Assembly: GCF_021054785.1 (NCBI RefSeq)
Contig: NZ_CP088239.1
Span: forward strand, 1,680,001 to 1,712,000
Length of the DNA stretch: 32,000 nucleotides
Source: Tannockella kyphosi
Lineage (GTDB): Bacteria > Bacillota_I > Bacilli_A > Erysipelotrichales > Coprobacillaceae
Direction: 5' to 3'
This document shows, in pieces, positions 1-5,327 of the stretch. Each line of letters starts with the position of its first letter. The stretch's first letter is position 1. The notes beneath the pieces are model-generated. The model was not told the origin of the DNA. It was given only the letters and a program-made list of their open reading frames with translations, and made no database searches. The translations under genes were made by a program, and so were the position numbers.

Positions 1-525
1 GGTAGCTTGCATTAAATAAAGAACATCTTCTTTATTTAATGGCATAAAAGCTACCTTTACAATATTTGCTTTTGTTGTTGCCATATCTTTTAATAAAGTT
101 TCTATTTCTAGTAAGGGTGGTGTTGATTTGAAATTATGATTTGATAAAATAACTTGCTTGTTATTTGATTGAATGATATCAATTAGATCATCCCGTATAC
201 CACAATTAAATTCAACATCAACATAAGTAATAGATGGATGTTTACTGATGACAGCTATCATTTCTTTTAAATAAGTATCTTCTAGTAAGATATTTCCACC
301 TTCTATTTTAGATCGATAAGTAAATAGAATTTCTTTATGATTTATAGAATCAATCGTATCTAATAAATCTTGCATCTTTTTTAAATCATCTATATCTTCA
401 TAATAATCAATACGTATTTCAATAATTTGAAAATCCAATACTTGTAATTCTTTGATATCATGAACTAACTTAGTACTAGTAGTAGCTACTACTGGTACAC
501 ATATGTTTGGTTTTCTCCCTTTCAT
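1..525 (-). CDS. aroD: Type I 3-dehydroquinate dehydratase, N-terminal 175 codons (3' end lies beyond window start)
   Basis: Not in the ORF track because there is no stop in the window. My own translation from ATG at 525 is open to position 1: MKGRKPNICVPVVATT..IEIRIDYY..FTYRSKIEGG..YVDVEF..SNHNFKSTPP..IVKVAFMP. It contains the AroD hallmark motifs (R..EGG, S.H.F..TP, Schiff-base Lys in KVA). AGGAGG lies 5 nt upstream of the ATG. Confidence 0.8.
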   Translation of the reverse strand, partial: MKGRKPNICVPVVATTSTKLVHDIKELQVLDFQIIEIRIDYYEDIDDLKKMQDLLDTIDSINHKEILFTYRSKIEGGNILLEDTYLKEMIAVISKHPSITYVDVEFNCGIRDDLIDIIQSNNKQVILSNHNFKSTPPLLEIETLLKDMATTKANIVKVAFMPLNKEDVLYLMQAT

Positions 526-534
526 ATTTACCTC

Positions 535-1461
535 CTATAATAGATAAAAATAAACTAATAATGGTATTGTAATTACGGATACTAATGTAGTTAGAAATAC
601 TGATTTAGAAGCAGTATCTACATCTCCATCATATTCAATAGAAAATAAGACTGCTGAATTAGCAATAGGCATTGCTAGTATGATAAAACTAATTCCTAAT
701 ATATAAGTATCTTTTACAAAATAAGATAATAATGGAAAAGCAACTACTGGTAATAAAATTTGTTTAATAAAGGTATAAGGATAAATAATAAAATCACTGA
801 AGATTTCTTTTACTGGTATGGTTGCTAGTGTAGAACCTATTAGTAACATTGCAATGGGAGTAGTAATACTTCCAATTAAGGCAACTGTATCTCCAATAAC
901 ACTAGGTACAGATATTCTTGTTAAATAAAAGAAAAACGCTAATAAAGATGCTATTACACCAGGACTTAAGAGACTTTTTAATTCAATTCTAGTATGTCTT
1001 TTTGTTCCATAATTCATCATCAATACACCTACTGAATAAATCATTAAATTAAATCCCATATTAATAATAGCTGCATAAAAAATAGCTTCACTTCCAAAAA
1101 TAGACTCTATTACTGGAAAACCCATAAACCCTACATTAGAAAAAACAGTCATAAACATATATAATCCTTGTTTTTCTTTTGGTATTCTTAGTAACTTTAC
1201 TAAAAAGAAACTAAAAATAGGTAATAATGTATACATCGCTATTGTTATCAATAACATTACTACTACTTCATTCATTGGTGCATAGTCACTACTTGTAATA
1301 ACTGAACTAAGTATTAAACAAGGTGTTGTTACACTTAGTAATAAGGTAGATAACTTCTTATTTAAGAGTGTATCAAAGATGTCTAGTTTATTTAATATAT
1401 ATCCTACACCAATCACTAAAAACAATTGAACCATTTGATTAATAATAACTCCTATATCCAT
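535..1461 (-). CDS. AEC (auxin efflux carrier) family permease
   Basis: ORF 535..1533 is polytopic and hydrophobic throughout. MDIGVIINQMVQLFLVIGVGYIL is a typical AEC N-terminus. I place the start at the internal ATG 1461 (GAGG 7-8 nt upstream) rather than 1533. The gene lies directly upstream of aroD on the same strand. Confidence 0.8.
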   Translation of the reverse strand: MDIGVIINQMVQLFLVIGVGYILNKLDIFDTLLNKKLSTLLLSVTTPCLILSSVITSSDYAPMNEVVVMLLITIAMYTLLPIFSFFLVKLLRIPKEKQGLYMFMTVFSNVGFMGFPVIESIFGSEAIFYAAIINMGFNLMIYSVGVLMMNYGTKRHTRIELKSLLSPGVIASLLAFFFYLTRISVPSVIGDTVALIGSITTPIAMLLIGSTLATIPVKEIFSDFIIYPYTFIKQILLPVVAFPLLSYFVKDTYILGISFIILAMPIANSAVLFSIEYDGDVDTASKSVFLTTLVSVITIPLLVYFYLL

Positions 1462-1577
1462 ATAAAACCTCACTTTATTTACTTTTAATACTATACCACA
1501 AATAGAACAAAATATGAAAATATTTCTACTCATTTGATAATTGTGGTATAGTATTAAAAAAGGGAGGTAGTAACATT

Positions 1578-2594
1578 ATGATGACAATAGGTTTTATTGG
1601 TAATGGGAAGAGTACTAATAGATATCATTTACCTTTTATTGTAGGTAGAGATTCCATTCATATTAAAAGTATTTATCAAAGAGATTTAACAAAGAGAGAT
1701 TGGAATAGAATAGAAGGAGTTCATTATACTGATAACATTGATGAGTTATTAAATGATGATGAAATACAAGTATTAGTAATCAGTACTTCTAGTCAAACAC
1801 ATTATGAGTATACTAAATTAGCGTTAGAACATGGTAAAAATGTTTTATGTGAAAAGCCATTTGTAGAAACATATAAAGAAGCAAAGGAATTATTTGATCT
1901 TGCTGATGAAAAAGGATTACATTTACAAACATATCAAAATAGAAGATATGATTCTGATTATTTAACTGTTCAAAAGGTATTAGAAAGTGGTAAATTAGGA
2001 GATGTTTTTGAAGTAGAAATGAATTATGATTATTTTAGACCTGAAGTATCGAAAGGTATTCATGAATATAAAAGATTTGATAATTTTATTTATGCTCATG
2101 GTAGTCATACAGTAGATCAAGCTATTGCTTTATTTGGTCAACCTGAACAAGTAGTTAGTGATATGAAACAAGTCTTAGGTCCTAATCGTTATGGAGATTA
2201 TTTTGATTTAGATTTTATCTATGAATCTTTTAAAGTTTCTATTCGTTCTAGTTATTTTAGAATAAAAGGGCGTCCTAGTTTTGTGGTTTATGGTACAAAT
2301 GGTATGTTTGTAAAACAAACAATTGATCGCCAAGAAGAACATTTAAAATTATTTTATATGCCTGGTAGTCCTGATTTTGGTAAAGATACATTAAGTCATT
2401 ATGGTGTTCTTACTTATGTTGATGAATGTGGTGAAATAAAAGAAGAAACTGTTACAACATGTAGTAGTGATTATGGCCGAACATATGATGATTTATATGA
2501 AGTTATCATTAATAAAAAAGAACCAACAATTACTAAAGAACAGATACTAGCACAAATCAAAATACTTGAAAATGCTGCTAGCAAATGTCAATAA
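1578..2594 (+). CDS. Gfo/Idh/MocA family NAD(P)-dependent oxidoreductase
   Basis: 338 aa. N-terminal Rossmann motif IGFIGNGKSTNRYHLPFI and the EKP motif (VLCEKPF) typical of the family. GGAGG lies upstream. Confidence 0.85.
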   Translation: MMTIGFIGNGKSTNRYHLPFIVGRDSIHIKSIYQRDLTKRDWNRIEGVHYTDNIDELLNDDEIQVLVISTSSQTHYEYTKLALEHGKNVLCEKPFVETYKEAKELFDLADEKGLHLQTYQNRRYDSDYLTVQKVLESGKLGDVFEVEMNYDYFRPEVSKGIHEYKRFDNFIYAHGSHTVDQAIALFGQPEQVVSDMKQVLGPNRYGDYFDLDFIYESFKVSIRSSYFRIKGRPSFVVYGTNGMFVKQTIDRQEEHLKLFYMPGSPDFGKDTLSHYGVLTYVDECGEIKEETVTTCSSDYGRTYDDLYEVIINKKEPTITKEQILAQIKILENAASKCQ

Positions 2595-2623
2595 TAGTTG
2601 TATTTCCTAGGAAATAGTAATAT

Positions 2624-3505
2624 ATGAAAGAAAATTATCATACTCACACATTCCGCTGTGGCCATGCCACAGGGAGTGAAGAAGAAATGATTCTAGGTGC
2701 TATGGAAGGTGGTTTTACAACCTTAGGAATGTCTTGCCATATACCATTACCTAACTTCCGTAAGCATTTATTAAGAGGGGTACCTTATCTATCATCCTTT
2801 GATAATGCCAAAACATTATTCCGTTGGTTTTGTTTCAATGGATTAGGTACAAGAATGCCTTATCCCTCAAAAAAAGAACATTTATCAATTATCAAAGAAC
2901 TAAAAGAAAAATATAAAGATCAAATTACTATCTATCAAGGTTTTGAAGCAGAATACTTTGAAGAATATTTGGATTATTATCAAAGTTTATTAGATAATCA
3001 AGAAGTTGATTATCTAATATTAGGAAATCATTTTCATAAAATTTGTTGTGATGCTTGTTACAATGGTTTTGCTTTAGATAAAGAAGGAATTGAAAACTAT
3101 GGAAAAGATGCTTGTCTCGCAATGGAGACTGGTCTTTATAGTTATTTTTGTCATCCTGATTTATTTATGGCAGAAACAGTAGAATTCGATGAAACATGTG
3201 TTCAAATCACAAGAGATATTTGTACATGTGCTATTAAGAACAATATTCCATTAGAAATAAATGAAGGCGGCTTTAGAAGAGGTATTAAAAAGATCGGAAA
3301 TCAAACACGTCTTCCTTATCCTCATGATGAGTTTTGGAAGATTGTTGGAGAAATGGGGGCTCCTGTTGTTTTAGGTTTAGACAGTCATAACCCTAATGAA
3401 TTTTCAAAAAAAGAAGTAGCTGATTTAGAAAACTATGCTAAAAAGATGAACTTAACTGTCATCCCTTCTTTTGAGTTTAAAAAAGGAAAGAAGAAGGATT
3501 GTTAA
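2624..3505 (+). CDS. PHP-domain phosphatase, HisJ (histidinol-phosphatase) family, paralogue 1
   Basis: 293 aa. N-terminal YHTHTFRCGHA metal-binding motif, with later HPD and LGLDSH motifs typical of PHP/HisJ-family phosphoesterases. Confidence 0.8.
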   Translation: MKENYHTHTFRCGHATGSEEEMILGAMEGGFTTLGMSCHIPLPNFRKHLLRGVPYLSSFDNAKTLFRWFCFNGLGTRMPYPSKKEHLSIIKELKEKYKDQITIYQGFEAEYFEEYLDYYQSLLDNQEVDYLILGNHFHKICCDACYNGFALDKEGIENYGKDACLAMETGLYSYFCHPDLFMAETVEFDETCVQITRDICTCAIKNNIPLEINEGGFRRGIKKIGNQTRLPYPHDEFWKIVGEMGAPVVLGLDSHNPNEFSKKEVADLENYAKKMNLTVIPSFEFKKGKKKDC

Positions 3506-4387
3506 ATGAAGAAAAATTATCACACTCATACCTATCGTTGTGGTCATGCTAGTGGTAGTGAAGAAGACATGGTAGTACAAGCAATTGCATCCGGTTTAGA
3601 TACGATTGGTATTAGTTGCCATTCTCCACTACCTTATTTTAGACTCTTTATGATTCGCTCATTTGGATATGTTCGTTCTATCTTTGCTGCAAAATTCTTA
3701 ACAAAATGGATTGTAGCAGATGGATTTGGTAGTCGTTTACCTTATCGTACCAAAAATGAACATCTTCAAATTATAAAAGAATTAAAAGAAAAATATAAAG
3801 ATCAAATGACTATATATGCTGGTTTTGAAGCAGAATGGTTTGTTCAATATGCTAATTACTTTCAATCTTTATTAGATAACAAAGAAGTAGATTATTTAAT
3901 ATTAGGTCTTCATTATGATCGTTACAACTGCATGGATCGCTATTACTTACGTATTAGTGATGACGCTAGTTTGGTCCGTTATGGACAAAATGCATGTTAT
4001 GCCATGGATACAGGATTATTTAGTTATTTCTGTCATCCTGATTTATTTATGTCAACAAAAGCAGAGTTCAATGAAACATGTCAAAAAATCACAAGAGACA
4101 TTTGTCACAGTGCTTTAAAAAACAATGTCCCTCTAGAAGTGAATGCTGGTGGTTTCCGCCGTGGTTTAAAACAAATTGGAGATCATGAACGTTATCCATA
4201 CCCTCATGATGAATTTTGGAAGATTGTAAGTGAACTAGAAGTACCTGTTGTTTTAGGCTTAGATGCTCATGCACCAGAACAATTATGCAAAGAAGAATAT
4301 GATCAATTAGAAGCTTATGCTAAAAGATTAAATCTAAAAGTTATTGATACTTTTGAATTTAAAAAGGGCACTACGAAAAGTGTGTAA
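3506..4387 (+). CDS. PHP-domain phosphatase, HisJ family, paralogue 2 (tandem duplicate)
   Basis: 293 aa, colinear without gaps with the preceding gene and sharing the same motifs (YHTHTYRCGHA, FCHPDLFM, YPYPHDEFWKIV). The start ATG directly abuts the stop of paralogue 1 (TAAATG). Confidence 0.8.
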   Translation: MKKNYHTHTYRCGHASGSEEDMVVQAIASGLDTIGISCHSPLPYFRLFMIRSFGYVRSIFAAKFLTKWIVADGFGSRLPYRTKNEHLQIIKELKEKYKDQMTIYAGFEAEWFVQYANYFQSLLDNKEVDYLILGLHYDRYNCMDRYYLRISDDASLVRYGQNACYAMDTGLFSYFCHPDLFMSTKAEFNETCQKITRDICHSALKNNVPLEVNAGGFRRGLKQIGDHERYPYPHDEFWKIVSELEVPVVLGLDAHAPEQLCKEEYDQLEAYAKRLNLKVIDTFEFKKGTTKSV

Positions 4388-4410
4388 CAACCGTTACACA
4401 CTTCTTTATT
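4380..4410 (+). terminator. Rho-independent terminator of the PHP gene pair
   Basis: GTGTGTAAC-aacc-GTTACACAC (4380-4401) followed by TTCTTTATT. The stem overlaps the stop codon. Confidence 0.6.
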
Positions 4411-4492
4411 ATAATAAAGGATAAATTCATTTTGGTTACAATAAGACATTATCATAAGTTAATCAGTAATAGATATTTTGAAACTAATTTTA

Positions 4493-4521
4493 TTGACTCT
4501 TCGCCAAAAAATGGGTATACT
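4493..4521 (+). promoter_or_regulatory. Sigma-A type promoter of the candidate antisense sRNA (module copy 1)
   Basis: TTGACT (4493-4498), 17-nt spacer, TATACT (4516-4521). Confidence 0.55.
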
Positions 4522-4527
4522 ATTTAC

Positions 4528-4585
4528 GAGGTAAGTAGATATGCCAAAGAAAAAAGAGATCCGCAAGATCTCTTTTTCCGTTCTT
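4528..4585 (+). ncRNA. Candidate antitoxin-like antisense sRNA (module copy 1), ~55-60 nt
   Basis: Predicted start is ~7 nt after the -10. It ends at hairpin AAAAAGAGATC-cgcaa-GATCTCTTTTT (4551-4577). The RNA is convergent with, and overlaps the 3' end of, the peptide mRNA. Its 5' part carries TAAGTAGATAT, which is repeated at 4605-4615. Confidence 0.45.
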
Positions 4586-4625
4586 TCGAACTAATCGTTG
4601 GAGTTAAGTAGATATTAGGCGTTAG

Positions 4626-4679
4626 TTATCTTTTTAAGATAACCGCAATCAATACAAGAACTACAATAAGTAGTTCCAT
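4626..4679 (-). CDS. 17-aa hydrophobic peptide MELLIVVLVLIAVILKR (candidate type I toxin)
   Basis: Below the ORF-track size cutoff; found by reading the minus strand. AGGAGG (rc of 4687-4692), 7-nt spacer, ATG 4679, TAA 4626-4628. A diverged paralogue with the same layout lies at 11700-11756. Confidence 0.5.
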   Translation of the reverse strand: MELLIVVLVLIAVILKR

Positions 4680-4690
4680 AATCAATCCTC

Positions 4691-4732
4691 CTAATTCAAA
4701 CTCGACCTCCAACAAAATACATCTTTAGTCAT
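4691..4732 (-). CDS. 13-codon upstream ORF (MTKDVFCWRSSLN) whose TAG overlaps the SD of the peptide ORF
   Basis: GGAGG (rc 4741-4745), 8-nt spacer, ATG 4732. The stop TAG (4691-4693) is the first part of TAGGAGG. The same arrangement is seen at 11644-11685. Confidence 0.25.
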   Translation of the reverse strand: MTKDVFCWRSSLN

Positions 4733-4758
4733 ACTATTTTCCTCCATCGACTGATAAT

Positions 4759-4767
4759 ATTATAACA
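4759..4767 (-). promoter_or_regulatory. Extended -10 promoter (TGtTATAAT) for the peptide mRNA of module copy 1
   Basis: The reverse complement of 4759-4767 reads TGTTATAAT. There is no good -35. The same extended -10 string recurs in front of tnpA, the IS transposase and the surface-protein gene. Confidence 0.4.
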
Positions 4768-5176
4768 TATTCTCCTAATTAAAATAATCTTTTCAATGAT
4801 AATTCTGTAACTATATTTGAATGTGCTCAAGCTAGTATTTATTCATTTGATATATCCTGATTTATAACTACTTCTGCATGATTTATCGCATATTTCATAA
4901 CATCCCATAAAGACGGTATCATTTGACATATATGTGAAAATCTTGGAGTTCTCCCTTAGAAGCTTATGCCAAAAGATTGAATCTAAAAGTTATTGATACT
5001 TTTGAATTTAAAAAAGGCACTACGAAAAGTGTGTAACAACCGTTACACACTTCTCTATTATAATAAAGGATAAATTCATTTTGGTTACAATAAGACATTA
5101 TCATATTTGGAAGACAGAATAGATATTTTGAAACTAATTTTATTGACTCTTCGTCAAAAATGGGTATACTATTTAC

Positions 5177-5234
5177 GAGGTAAGTAGATATGCCAAAGAA
5201 AAAGAGATCTTCGGGGATCTCTTTTTCCGTTCTT
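5177..5234 (+). ncRNA. Candidate antisense sRNA, module copy 2
   Basis: TTGACT 5143-5148, 16-nt spacer, TATACT 5165-5170. Hairpin AAAAAGAGATC-ttcggg-GATCTCTTTTT (5199-5226); the stem is conserved and the loop differs from copy 1. Confidence 0.4.
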
Positions 5235-5274
5235 TCGAACTAATCGTTGGAGTTAAGTAGATATTAGGCGTTAG

Positions 5275-5327
5275 TTATCTTTTTAAGATAACCGCAATCA
5301 ATACAAGAACTACAATAAGTAGTTCCA
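5275..5327 (-). pseudogene. Peptide ORF of module copy 2 that has lost its start codon, SD, uORF and promoter to the IS junction
   Basis: Codons 2-17 and the stop are identical to copy 1. The position of the ATG now reads TTG, with IS terminal sequence and no SD upstream. Confidence 0.45.

Larger units (their letters stand above)
4307..4678. repeat. Copy A of a ~372-bp direct repeat (3' end of PHP paralogue 2, its terminator, and the sRNA/peptide module)
   Basis: Aligns by eye with 4956-5327 at a constant offset of 649. There are only scattered substitutions, one fully substituted ~13-nt patch (4457-4469 vs 5106-5118) and differences in the terminator loop. Confidence 0.9.
4956..5327. repeat. 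Copy B of the ~372-bp direct repeat (includes an 82-bp duplicate of the PHP gene 3' end)
   Basis: See copy A. Homology ends exactly at the left end of the IS element (5325-5327). Confidence 0.9.

Noticed and set aside
535-1533. Long N-terminal extensions given by the ORF track (535..1533, 22072..23439, 30097..31095, 28818..29843, 27676..28227).
   Set aside because: In each case an internal start with a proper SD and a family-typical N-terminus exists (1461, 23421, 31080, 29825, 28224). The upstream extensions overlap neighbouring genes or regulatory hairpins.
2928-4274. ORFs 2928..3122(-), 3915..4118(+) and 4089..4274(-) inside the PHP phosphatase genes.
   Set aside because: They are fully embedded in well-supported CDSs, are alternative-frame or antisense, and have no translation signals.
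4541-4594. 17-codon ORF on the sRNA strand (MPKKKEIRKISFSVLSN), with GAGG 9 nt upstream. It is also open in copy 2 (MPKKKRSSGISFSVLSN), and a similar-looking ORF exists on the family-2 antisense strand (MKKERLASLFFSLLSQ..).
   Set aside because: - The ORF runs through the terminator hairpin, and its stop codon lies beyond the expected transcript 3' end.
- The K-rich and S/L/F-rich translation is what any A-tract/stem/T-tract terminator gives in this frame.
- The frame is not preserved in copy 3.
- The family-2 version has no SD.

It is kept only as an alternative hypothesis, to be tested by ribosome profiling.
4839-4922. 27-codon minus-strand ORF (MIPSLWDVMKYAINHAEVVINQDISNE) in the spacer between the two duplication units.
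   Set aside because: There is no SD and no promoter. It looks like a fragment of a longer, destroyed gene, and nothing supports expression.
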